This document shows positions 23,393-35,553 of a DNA stretch of 43,716 nucleotides, piece after piece. The stretch spans positions 1 to 43,716 of the forward strand of contig PS015530.1 of the NCBI GenBank assembly GCA_048213135.1, given 5' to 3'. The translations under genes were made by a program, and so were the position numbers. Within the stretch, counting starts at the first letter, position 1; each line of letters opens with the position of its first letter. The notes under the pieces are model-generated. The model was not told the DNA's origin. It did not search any database and saw only the letters and a program-made list of their open reading frames with translations. Source of the DNA: Reclinomonas americana ATCC 50394 (lineage: Eukaryota).

Positions 23393-26300
23393 ATGGCCGC
23401 CCCTTCGTCCACCTCCGACGTCCCCTCACTGCCATGTTGCGTACACCACGCACACACAGAGAGAGCGCGCGCGCGAACACACGCATCTGAATTGTGTGCA
23501 ACTCACTCTCTCATTGTGTGTTTGCTGCTGCAGACATGAGTGAGGAGGAGCTGCGAGGGTACATTGAGGAGCATCGGTACGCAGAGCTGGCCGACTTGAC
23601 CGACGACGACATTGAGTTCCTCTACGATCGCCGGCGTCGTTTGTCGGTGGAGCTGGTGCGTGTGTGAGAGAGAAAGAGACCGCATAATCACTCTGCAGGG
23701 CCCTCATCACGTACACAGCACTCAACACTCAACGACTCGGCTGTGCTGGTGGAGCCGCAGGGTGGCAGTGGCCCGCTCTTCAAGGTCACCATTCTCGGTG
23801 ATGGTGAGCAATGCAAGCCTCTCTCTCCAACTCTGTTCCTTCTCTCACTCACTCCCTCCCTCACCCACCCACGCAGAGCACTCTGGCAAGCTGGAGCTGA
23901 TGCAGCTGTTTGTGCTGCCGGAACTCGTGCAGCGCTTCCCCAACCTGCTGGATCAGCTGTCGCTGCCGCCGTGCGACATTGTGCATCGCGTGTTTGATCC
24001 GAACGAGGACGCGCATCGTGGTGAGGATGCGGCGAGCGGGCCCACCTCGGATCACTCGCAGTGCACGCTGGAGATGTGGCTGCCGGAGTGCACGGCAGAC
24101 TTCGACGATGTGCGACCCATGTATTACCCGGCCACCGACATTTTCCTGCTCGTCTTCTCGCTGCGTGATCCGCGCTCGTTTGAGGCCGCCAAGACGCGCT
24201 ACCTGAAGGAGATTCGCGAGTTCCGCGACCTGGCTCCGGTTCGCCTTTCCCTCTCTCGCTCCCTCCCTAGTTTTCGATGCTCACCGGCCTCTTCACTCGC
24301 GCAGCGCCGGAGTGTGCCGGTGATTCTGATTGGCGCTCATGCCGAGACCCGCAGCGAGGCGTCGCAGTCGCCCGACACTGTCTCCTCGTACGACGCCATC
24401 TCGTTTGCGCAGTCGGCCGGCATTCTCAAGTACATTGAGATCTTCTCCAACAACCTCAAGCACGTGACCGAGGTCTTCCGCCAGGCCGTGCTGGCCATAC
24501 ATCACGCCCGCGAGGCCAACACTGCAGTTGCGATTGAGTGTCATGTTTGGCAGCACGCACTTGTTTTCTCTTGCGCATCTCATGTGCCATGCCACACCAG
24601 ATGATGCACGAGGAGTACGAGGCGGAGTTCCAGCACGAGGACTCGGTGCTGCGCAAGTACTTGACCACGAAGCCGCCAGAGGGACACTTTGACGTGTACG
24701 CGCGCACATTCACGCTGTCGCAAGTGTCGCCCGATGTGGTCTACCTGTACACGATTGATGGCAAGGAGCCGACGCGTGTCTCACCGCGCTACACGGGACC
24801 CATCAAGCTGCGCAAGCCGTACCCGCAAGTCATCAAGGTGGTGGCTCTGGCGCGCTGCAAGTACGCCTCGGAAATCGTCGCGTTTGACGTTCCGCAAGGT
24901 GTGTGTGTGCGCACACGGGAGTGTCTCCCCACCTCGTGCCACTGATTCAACACGCTCAACACAGAGACGCCGACACCCTCTGGCCACTTTGATCCGCTGG
25001 CCAAGGCCTTTTTCGTCACCGTTCTCCCCGGACAGGAGTGCGACATTTTCTACACGCTGGACGGCTCCAAGCCCACCATGCAGTTGCGCACCATTCCACT
25101 CGCCCACGTGCTTCCCCCTGGTGACCACTGAAACCATGTGCAACTCGCAGGAGCCCGCAGTACGACATGAACGGACTGTTCCTCGACGAATACGGCCCGC
25201 ACATGGGTGGTTTTGTCACTGGTCGCCTGCCGCAAGTGATTCGCATCATGTCGTGCGGACGCGGCATGTTCCGCAGTGAGATTGCCGACTTTTCGCCGCC
25301 CGACAGTTGCGAAGCCGCCGCCGCCGCCGCCGTGCACTCTTCTCTGTCTTCTCATGTGCCTTACTTGACGCGGTCGCAGTGATCGAGACGCCGATTCTCA
25401 CGTACGTGGAAAAGGACAATCTGCTGGTGCTGGAGGGCGACGCCAAGGTGTCGCGTGATTTCGAGATCCGATTCACGCTCGACGGCAGTGTGCCCACGGT
25501 CGACTCAAAACTCTGTTGCGTCTTGCCAGCAAGGGAGGAGAAATTCTTGCCAAGATGCTGATGCATCTCCTTCTTTTTTTCCGTAGACACGGGACCAGTA
25601 CTGTTGCCGCCGAATCCCACGGTGACGTTGATCCGTGCGGCTGCCTTCCCGCGCATTCGCTTCCCGTCGCGAGTGGTGGAAGTGCACCGCGTACTCCGCG
25701 AGGGTGGTGGTGCGTCAACAACCCCCCTGTCACTCTGCTTAACAGTTGCCGCACCACTCATGCCTTCTCTCCTCACAGTGAGCGGTGTCCTGTCGCGGTT
25801 GTCGCCGTCGCGTGCCGCCGTGCGCATGACCAAGACGAGTGTCGGCCGCATGAGCTCGCCGCAGCGAGGTGCCGGTCCGCAAGGTCTGTCTGAGCCCCCT
25901 GTCGTCCTCTCTTTATGTTGCTAGCTCACCGCACTTTTACCGACACACAGAGGGTGTCGTGCGTGGCACCGTTGTCGATCCGCTGGGTGGCCAGGGCTCG
26001 CCACCACCGCCCGCACGAGCGGCGCCCGACAGCGGCAGCCCCTCTCGGTCCCGAACGCCACGCGGCGGCAGCAGCAACGGCACTTCCAGCCCGCAACGCG
26101 GCCAGCAAGTGTCGCCTGCCAAGCAGCGCTTCCAAGCCGGTTTGTGTGCTGACGCTTTTTTCGACATCCTCTCTGCGTTCATTCCACCCTCATGTGCATC
26201 ACGCAGCGGCCTCGGGTGCACCGCTGGCGTCGAGCTCGGCCATTTACCGCGACCCCGACATTAGCGTGCGGCCGCAACGCGGCATCCGTGCGCCGCCCAC

Positions 26301-27228
26301 CCCCGAGGAGCAGCGTCGTGCCATTCGTCACAAGGTCGCCGCGCAATTCTACCCGAAGGGATCGGCACCACTGACGCTGCCGACCAAGAAGAGCGTCGCT
26401 GCCTCTGCGTCTCATGCGAGTTGCGTGGCATTCGTTCGCGCATGCTTTCTGTTCCTCCGTGTTTTTGCTCATCATCCCCCTCCTCCTGGCAGGTGCTGAA
26501 CCGGAGACTGCGCCGATTCGACCAGAGTGGCTCGCCGCGTGCCGCGTGGAGAACACCTCGGTGGTGTTCACCTTTGCCTGCGATGTGGTGCTCGACCATT
26601 TGCTGGTGACCACGCCGGGCGACGGCCGCGGTCCCACTGCGTATAGCCTCTTTGCGGCGCCGTCTACCGACACGCCGTTGCGTCATTGCTTTCTTGAACT
26701 CATAGAATGCAAGTTTCCAGTGCGTGCTCAACTCTTTTTCGTCATGCAGCGAGCGTCTGTATGCGGCCTTTGGACAGGGTCGCCTGATCGATGCCAGCGC
26801 TCAGCAAAAAGTCGCACTCAGCAAGAGCGCTCGTCACACTGCGTGCCGCGTGCTGCGCTGCGAGTTCGAGTCGCCTGGCTCCGATGTTTCTGGCTTCCAG
26901 GTTTGTGGTCGCGCAGCATGTCTCTCGAGTGGTTGAGTGCGCTCTTGGTGCTCATGCGACTGCGCCAGATTCTCGACATCAAGTTGTTCGGCCAGCTTCC
27001 AACAGCCGACTCAAAACGCATCACGGCCGCTCCCGCACGCTCACCATCGGCCAGTGCGCTGAGTGCTGGTGGCAGCAGCAATGGTGCCGGATACAGTTTC
27101 GTTTCTCTCCTTCTTCATCCTCTACCCCCTCAGGCACAAAAACTCACGCCCTCACAGTAGGAGCCGATGTCGAGTCGTCGCCGTATGCCTTTGACGACGG
27201 ACCCTACGGACCGGGCCACGTGCTGTGA
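23393..27228 (+). CDS. Rho-family-like degenerate GTPase domain fused to three Fn3_assoc/chitobiase-C-like domains and a C-terminal domain of unknown type
   Basis: FKVTILGDEHSGKL, LEMWLPECTADFDDVRPMYYPATDIFLLVFS, VPVILIG, ILKYIEI. Then YLYTIDGKEPTRVSPRYTGPI, IFYTLDGSKPTMQSPQY and IRFTLDGSVPTVDSKLYTGPV. Ends GPGHVL*. Confidence 0.8.
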
Positions 27229-27490
27229 CCCGCGACACAGGAACGGCTGCTGATGAGCTGTCTGTAAGCTTGCCCGCTTTTAGGGGGGTTATTTTCTGGA
27301 GGGGAAAATGTATTCTTTTCTCTAGTGTGAGAGTAGACGACGATTATACGCCATTCATCATTCAATCTTACTCTCTCACTCTCTGTTTCTCTGACTCTGT
27401 GACTCTTTCTCAGTCTGTTAACTGTAACACACACGCACGCACACACTCTCTCGACTCTTGTTGCAAGTCGACGACCAAAAACAAACATGC

Positions 27491-29899
27491 TTACGCAAAG
27501 GCGCCCTGCGCGAACGACACGGCCTTGGCCAGGCCCTCGTCAATCTTGGCCAGCTCGGCACCGCCGCCCTGGCCGCGATCGGGCTTGCCGCCACCGCGTC
27601 CGCCACCCACAGACAGCGTCTCGCGCGCCCAGTCACTGGCCTTCAGCTTGTCCGTAAGGCTCTTGGTGACGCCGCACACCACCGTGTACCTGTTGGTCTC
27701 CTCGTCCCGTGACAAGAGCAGCAGAGCACCAGCACCACCCAACGCCTGCTCCACTGGCGCAATGGCGCGATCAAAGAGTCGGCTGTCGACCTCAAAGTCA
27801 ATCACATCGACCACGAACTTGCGGCCAGCCTGCGCATAACAGGGAAGGGAAATGTCAGCAGACAACAAAAAAGAGAAGTGCTGGCGAAAGCAGACGCAAC
27901 AGCGTGCGCCTCCTGAGCCAGTCCGCTCATTCTTGACACGAGGCGCTCGCGCAGCTCGGCGATGCGCTCGCGATCCTCGGCCTTCACACTGCGAATACAG
28001 ACAGGGAAGTTCAGATACGGTTCTACAACCACCACAAATAAGGCAGCCTGCTCATTCACTCACCGAGCCAGCACCTCGTCCACAGCCGCCTGAATGTCGG
28101 GCTTGCGGTACAGAGGCACGCCAAGCGTGGCAAACGCCTGCTGAATGGCACGCAGCTGGAGAAGAGGACACGCACGTGGTCAGCCACCGTCAAATCACTC
28201 ACGTGAAAACACAAACACACACACCTCCTCCTTGAGGTTGCGGCCAGACAGGTCACGGGTGCGCTGCACGCGGTCCAGGAAGGCGTCGGCAGTGGCGTGT
28301 GACTCGCGAGCAGCGTTACCGGTGCAGGCGACCATGCGGCGAATGCCCTTGGAGATCGAGCTCTCGGAGAGAATGACAAAGTCGCCAGCCTCTCGGAAGT
28401 TTGACAAGTGAGTGCCACCGCACAACTCGACACTGCGCGCACAAAAGATCAATCTCTTTGTCAGAACAAGCCGCGCAGCAAACAGTTATGCAAGTGGGGA
28501 GAGAATAAAATGCAAACCTGTAGCCCAGCCACCTCGGGTTGGCCGGATCCGCCAGCAACTCATCAACAGACGGGCCCACAGACACGACACGCACTGGGTC
28601 GGGGTACTGCTCGTCAAACATGCGGCGAATGCCGGCAATCTCATAAGCCTTCTCCAGTGACACCAGCTTGGAGTCCACAGGCAACTGCGGCACACGCATT
28701 CTTCAGCANNNNNNNNNNNNNNNNNNNNNNNNNNNNNNNNNNNNNNNNNNNNNNNNNNNNNNNNNNNNNNNNNNNNNNNNNNNNNNNNNNNNNNNNNNNN
28801 NNNNNNNNNNNNNNNNNNNNNNNNNNNNNNNNNNNNNNNNNNNNNNNNNNNNNNNNNNNNNNNNNNNNNNNNNNNNNNNNNNNNNNNNNNNNNNNNNNNN
28901 NNNNNNNNNNNNNNNNNNNNNNNNNNNNNNNNNNNNNNNNNNNNNNNNNNNNNNNNNNNNNNNNNNNNNNNNNNNNNNNNNNNNNNNNNNNNNNNNNNNN
29001 NNNNNNNNNNNNNNNNNNNNNNNNNNNNNNNNNNNNNNNNNNNNNNNNNNNNNNNNNNNNNNNNNNNNNNNNNNNNNNNNNNNNNNNNNNNNNNNNNNNN
29101 NNNNNNNNNNNNNNNNNNNNNNNNNNNNNNNNNNNNNNNNNNNNNNNNNNNNNNNNNNNNNNNNNNNNNNNNNNNNNNNNNNNNNNNNNNNNNNNNNNNN
29201 NNNNNNNNNNAACGTCGACCAGGAACTCCCAGGCCCAGTCAATGGCCTCGCGCTTGAAATAGTCGCCGAATGACCTGTGGGCGGAACGGAATGAGAACAT
29301 GCGAGACAGAAGTCTCTCCTTCTCCACTGTACACACACACACCAGTTGCCGAGCATCTCGAACTGGCTCAAGTGCGATCCGTTGTCCCTGCCCACATCCT
29401 CCAAATCGTTGTGCTTGCCGCCGGCACGGATGCACTTTTGCGAGTTGACAGCGCGCTTGAGGCGCGACATCTCACTGCGCGGATCGGCAAGTCCCAAGAA
29501 AATGGCCTTGAACTGCGTGTGGGGGAGGGGGGAGCGAAAATGTGAGCCACTGCCTCAGCTGACAAGATCCCGACAAAGAGTCCCGAAACTTGGTTCATGC
29601 CGGCATTTGCGAACAGCAGAGTCGGGTCTTCGTGTGGCACCACGGACGACGACGGCCAGAAGACATGCTCTAAAGCACAGAGTGAGTCGCAATAGGCAAA
29701 CAACGCAAACTGCACTTTTTCTGGGTCCTCAAACAGGAACCCAGTGACATGAAAACGGACAACTCAAGTTGCCACACTGCTGCGCTGCGGATTCTCTCCT
29801 CATCCTAGCTCTCTTTCTCGCTCGCCTGCCACTCACCCTTCTTCTCGACGAAAAAGTCGATGAACGCCTGACGAATCTGCGCACCAGTGACGGGACGTT
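27491..29899 (-). CDS. AARS: Alanyl-tRNA synthetase, eukaryotic type; middle in the N gap, first exon unresolved
   Basis: [109 protein letters not shown]. Confidence 0.95.
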
Positions 29900-30562
29900 C
29901 TGCGTGGCAAGCAAAGCACGCGACGCAGTGAGATGCATGAAGGGCGTACACGGAAGGAAGAAAGGAGAACAGAGAATGGAGGGAGGGCAGGGAGGAGAGG
30001 AGGAGGGAGATAAAAGGCAAACCCCAACTGATGCAGGCATGATTGATCAACCCACTCAGACAACAGCAACACGCGCACGCGCACACAGCACGCACAGGTG
30101 CGTGACAAGCAAGCAGCAAAGGCGCGCACACACACAGCTGCTGCAAGGAGTGCGAGGGCACCACAGCCGAAACAAGGAACATGTCCTCAAACAAAAGTCA
30201 CTGACAATTTCTCCCTCCCCCCACACGTGCACATGCAGCAAGGAAACAACACATAACACGCCCTTACTCGACTCACAAACACGCACAAAGACCAAGCACA
30301 CGAGTGCGCGTGAGAGACAACAGAGAGCGACGAACATTTCAAGTTGGGCATGGACAACCCCCCCTCGCCCCTCCACAGCAAAGGGAGCACGCACGCACAC
30401 GCACACACACGCATGCAGCACTGCCTTCACACACACACGCACGCACCGTGAGACATTGCTCTCGCGACAACTCAAAACAATCAAAGTGTGTGTAAAACAC
30501 GAAATCAGTCGACCCACTCGGACCATCGGAGTTTCTTTCTCTTTGCTTCCGCCTTCACGCAC

Positions 30563-31909
30563 ATGGCAGCAGCAGGCACTCTCACCACGCTCCTGCTCAC
30601 CGCGATCCTCGTCGCGTTGTGTGTGAGTGTGCGCGGTCTGGAGCAGGAGCGCGAGGGCGGCATGCCGCGTGAGTACAGCGCACAGCCGTACCCACCGGGT
30701 GAGTTTGGAGTGCCACAGGGAGACGCACTCCTCCGCGTGCCTCCTCCTTCTGTGTCGCAATCGGCGAATTCGGTGCGGGCGAGCAGTGATGATGAAAGTG
30801 TCGACACGTGGAGTCGGTGAGTCACCAATGGACACACACAGGGAGAGAGACAGACAGAGCATGAGCGAGTGTGTGCGCTTAAGAGAGACGGAGACGCGCT
30901 CTGTGTGCGTGTGTGCGAGGAAATGCATTGACCCCTGACTGATAAATCGATCACAAAGGTTGCGTGGCAGCGGCGGCAGCGATGAGGAGGAGTTGCTGGA
31001 GTTGTTCATGGAGACAAGCTCCAGCACGAGCAAGGATAGCAGCTTGTCGCGGCCGCATTTTGATACGTTTCCCGTGGCGCAGCCGATGACGGCGGAGAAG
31101 CGGCCGTACTGGGTGTCGCCGTACGAGTACACCAACTTTGGCGTTGTCATCAACAATCAGCTCGTGCACGCGTACCTCATTCGTGTGCCGGACCCGCTCA
31201 ATCACTTTTCGATTCAGGAGCCGCTGCATGGCTGCCCTGGCTTTACGCGCACGTCGGTGACGGCGGAGGATCGGCGGTGTGTGGCGGCCACCAATGCCGG
31301 CTTTTTCGATGTGCACCGCGGCTACTGCCTCGGCAATGTCATCAGCGACGGGCGAGTGGTGCATGCGCGTGAGTCGCGCAACGCCAACTGGGGCATGACG
31401 GCGAGTGGCGAGTTCGTGTACGGCTATTTGACGGCGGCGCAGGTCGAGTCGATGCAATTCAAGCAGCTGGTCACTGGCGTCACCTGGTTGCTCCGCAACG
31501 GCACCATCTACGTGGAGGAGAGTGCGGCGATTGAGCAGCCGTCGTTTGATTTTGTGTGGATGAAGGCGCCGCGTGTGGCCATTGGCAACAACGCCGCCGG
31601 CGAGGTCCTCGTGTTGCAAGTGGACGGCAATGAGCCGCTGGATCAGGGTCTGGATCTGTACGAGTTTGCGCAGTTGGCCAAGGACAGGGGCTTTGTGAAT
31701 GCCATCAACCTGGACGGTGCGTGGGAGGGAACAGGGAGGGAGGGCGGAGAGAGAGATGGCTCACTCACTCACTCGTGTGTGGCGCAGGTGGTGGAAGCTC
31801 GGTGACCACTGTCAACTACAAGGCGGTGAGCCACCCCAGCGACAATTGCGGCACGTCGCCGTCCAAGTGCGAGCGCATGGTGACCACCATTACGTGTGTC
31901 AAGGCGTGA
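30563..31909 (+). CDS. NAGPA: NAGPA-like phosphodiester glycosidase (uncovering-enzyme family) with signal peptide
   Basis: PLNHFSIQEPLHGC, CVAATNAGFFD, CLGNVISDG, QLVTGVTWLLRNG, APRVAIG, QVDG, NAINLDGGGSS, CERMVTTITCV; two introns. Confidence 0.88.
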
Positions 31910-31912
31910 GGA

Positions 31913-32917
31913 TTATAATGTTGTTTTCTTTTGTTTCCTGCTGTTGTTGGTGGTGGTGTTTGCGGAAGTGGTGGTTCGTGGCGTCGACTTGCTGGCAGGC
32001 CTTGTTGGTGGCGGCGGTGGTACGGGTGGTTCTGTCGACAAGGCCGCCTCGTACGCTGCGCTGTTGATGCGCGCCTGCTTCCTCCGCACGTGCACGACGC
32101 TGTCGTCAAAAATGTCGCGGTACAGCCGGCGTCGCCAGCGAGGGAACTGTTTCACTCGTTGCTGGAGGAGCAAAGTGAGCGATGGATGGATGATCGGAAG
32201 CGCGCACAAGAACAAGACTCTCTGCTGACCTCCATGACCTCCAGCAGCGCATCGGGCGGAACCAGGCGCTTGCGAAGACCATTGGCCGGAAAATCCACCT
32301 GCAAACGCGGCATTTCGGCTGCCGCGGCCGGCGTTCGCGACGGCTTCACGGCCTGTTCCACACACAGTGACACAACATGCACACGAGCAGCGATCGAGCA
32401 AAACACAGACACCGCTCACACCTGCGCCAACATGTGCTTCACTCGTCCCGCTCTTCCGTACGCCAGATCGAGAATGCGACGAACGTGGTCCGAGTCGCCG
32501 CCCACGGCCCTGGCCACTCGCCTTGTGCGTGCAAACAGAAGGGGGCGTCGGTCTATGCTCAGCAGTCTCACGCACGCACGCACACAACTGCCGCACCTCT
32601 CCGATTGTCGGGCCTCCTTGAGGAACGCTGTGATCCGACTTGTCGACTGCTCATGCTGTGCGCGTGTGTGTGTGAGCCTTGGAGAACAGAGTGTGTAAGA
32701 GAGAGAGAAGGTGAGACCTGACGGCGACGGAAGAGCTCCATGGTGCGGACGCGCAGAAAGCTGCATGTATTAACGAGTGAGATGTGTGTGCGTGCGAGTT
32801 GTCCTCGTCTCTGCACTCACTCACTCACCGCGAGGCCACCTGATCGGGAAACACCTGTGCATGTCGCAAGAGCCGGCGATACAGATGCAGTGCGGCGATC
32901 CGTGTGCTCACCAACAT
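31913..32917 (-). CDS. LYR-motif (Complex1_LYR-type) protein, probably mitochondrial
   Basis: Five exons: MLVSTRIAALHLYRRLLRHAQVFPDQVASRFLRVRTMELFRRRQ...ITAFLKEARQ...RRILDLAYGRAGRVKH. Not recovered as one ORF in the supplied track. Confidence 0.75.
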
Positions 32918-32968
32918 CACACAACGACGACGGACAAGGACAAGAGTTGCAACACTTCGTTAACAACA

Positions 32969-35411
32969 TTATATTTGTGAGGACGGAAGGTGCAGATCGT
33001 GTGCGCCTGCCGGTGTCACTGTGGTTCTTCGCTTGGCGGGTGCGCCTGCGAGGCGTGGACTGCCGATCGGACCCTTGGTGAGGGTCGCCATGGAGATCTC
33101 GGAGCGCGTGTCGTCGTCGTTGTCGTCGATCGAGTCGTCGGCCAGGCTCTTGTCGCGCGTCTCCACCGGCAACAGTAGCGAGATGGTGGCCGCGACAATG
33201 GCTAGACTGCCGTACGCCACCAGCGGTCGCCACCGCGACCAGTACTGGCAGTGCACGAGCAGCATTTGTGCAACATACGGCGACGCGATGCCACCGATAC
33301 GGCCGGCGGCGGAGCAGGAGCCCATGGAGATGCCACGCAGCGTGGTCGGATACACCTCTGGTGTGTAGACGTAGAGCGCCAGGAAGCTGGCACTCGCAAA
33401 ACCTCGTGCAAAGAACAAGAGCGTGGTCTCGGCCCAGGGCGGCAAGTGGGGGTTGCACAGCAGGCCGACGCTGATGACCAGACCAAACATCTGCAACGCG
33501 AGGCGGATGAGACAACGCGGTAAAGTGGGGAGACGGCATCAGAGAGGGAGTCACAGATGGTCGCACCGTGCCACTTAGCGTGCCCTGCGTCACGAATCAG
33601 TGTGAGTTTCTGCAGGAGGACGTCACAACTTCTCTTTTGCATACCTTGCGACCAATGCTGTTGATCAACACCAGAACGACAATAATCGCGGGTAGTTCGG
33701 CAGCTGCAGTGAGGAAACCGCGTCAGCTACGCTGTGTATGCACACACAACCAACACAGCACGACGACAGTGTACCAGACGAGATAAACACATTCAAAAAA
33801 TCGTCGCGATCAAACTGGTGCGCACAGTTGTGCGACATGCTGGCACAGTCGGCGTGTCGCAGCAACGGCAGCTCCGTGCTAATGAGCACCACGCCTGCGC
33901 AAAAAAAAATGAGCGATACGCTGGCGACAGAGTCGGCACCCAACAAAGCTTGACGCACCATAGTACAACGCCACATTGGCCGTCCACAGGAACCACAGCG
34001 GAATGGTACTCCAGCGATACTTTGGTCGGAACAGCTCGACAAAGGAGCCGCGCTCGGCCATGGCCGAGGCATGCACCACCAGCTCACCACGCGGCAGCTG
34101 CATGCGGTTGACGCGCGCAAGCCGCTCGAGTTGCGCACGTGCCTTGTCAATCTTGTTGGACACCACGTAGAAGCGCGGGCTCTCCGGCAGCAACGGGAAC
34201 AGAAGAATGAGGACCAGCGATGGTACTGCATCACGTCATGAGGTCACTCGGCAGGAACGCACTGACGGCGACCGGGCACGCAACTGGAGGCGGCCACCAA
34301 CAAGCCTCGCCAGCCCCACTTCGGGATGATGCCCCAGGCGAGGCCAGCCAACAACAGCGAACCTGCACACCGACCACGTCAATAAACATACGCCCCCCTC
34401 TGCGAATGGAGGTCGCCAGGTACGCACCAATGGCCCAAAACACGTCAAACGACGCCAAAATGCTGGCCCGTCTCTTCGTCGGCAAGTACTCGGCCACCAG
34501 CGAATAGATCACGAATCCACCTGGCGACGGCACCGTCAGTCACGTAGACACCTTGCGATCACAACGAACACTGAGGCTGACACACCGGAGACACCGACGC
34601 CGACCATCGCTCGTGTCACCAGCAACACGACATACGATGGACTGAAGGAGCTCGCCAGCCCAAACACGCCCACCAAGACCGTCGACGCAAGGAATCCGAT
34701 ACGCCTACGACACAAGACAGCAATGTGAGAGGCACGCCACAGTCAAGCAGGCGAGCAAGACACACACACCGCCCATATCTGTGCATGACAATTAGCGACT
34801 GATATCATCGAAAGAGAAGAGGTGCAGCAACGCAACTTGTCGGCGAGAACACCCCACAACGGTGCACCGACGAGCATGCCTCCAAACACGCACGACGTCA
34901 GCAGCGCCTGTGTCGCTGTGGACGTGAGCAAACGATCGACAACAACTGAGCTGAGAACCAAGACCTCACCGTCTGCCAACTCTGCAAATCAAACTGACAC
35001 CTCGCTTGCTCCTACGCACACACAAAAAGAGAAAGCGGTGAGTGCAACGCAGCAGTGACGCAACACATCCACGAGAGAGACAGAGACAAAAAAACGCAAC
35101 ACTAAGAAACGACAACAACAAGATCTCCATGGCCTCCGCCGCAAACGCAAAGCCCGTCAGCACGCCCAACCAAAAGTGGAAACGCCCCAGCCCAATATGA
35201 TCAATCGCCTACACACACACATGAGCAAGCAAGCAAGCACCAGCAAGCAAGCAAGCAAACAACAAACCTGATCGCACGTGTACACTGTGTCATCTCCACC
35301 ATCATCGCCATCGCCTAGCAACAATCGCGCGGTGTCATCTGCATCATCATCGTCGTTGCCTATGCGTACATCGTCGGCAGCCGATGCCAGTAGTCGCTCA
35401 TCAACGCTCAT
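32969..35411 (-). CDS. MFS transporter, SV2/SVOP-like
   Basis: GFAFAAEAMEILLLSFL, GMLVGAPLWGVLADKYGRR, AEYLPTKRRA, LPESPRF, LYVYTPEVYPTTLRGISMG, GRIGGIASP, LPVETR. Confidence 0.92.
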
Positions 35412-35553
35412 AAGGTGGCAAGATATCCGCGCGAAATTTGACTGTTAACATCGCTGCGTTGTTGAATGGGCTTCGAGAAAAAGCAACAGCGACAACAACA
35501 ACAACAGCAACAGCAGAAGGGTGGAAAGAAGAGTGAGCCGGCGAGTGCAGAGG

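Noticed and set aside
28408-29497. Long ORFs crossing N gaps, and many antisense ORFs in the track
   Set aside because: Artefacts of N runs, high GC and microsatellites; they shadow real spliced genes.
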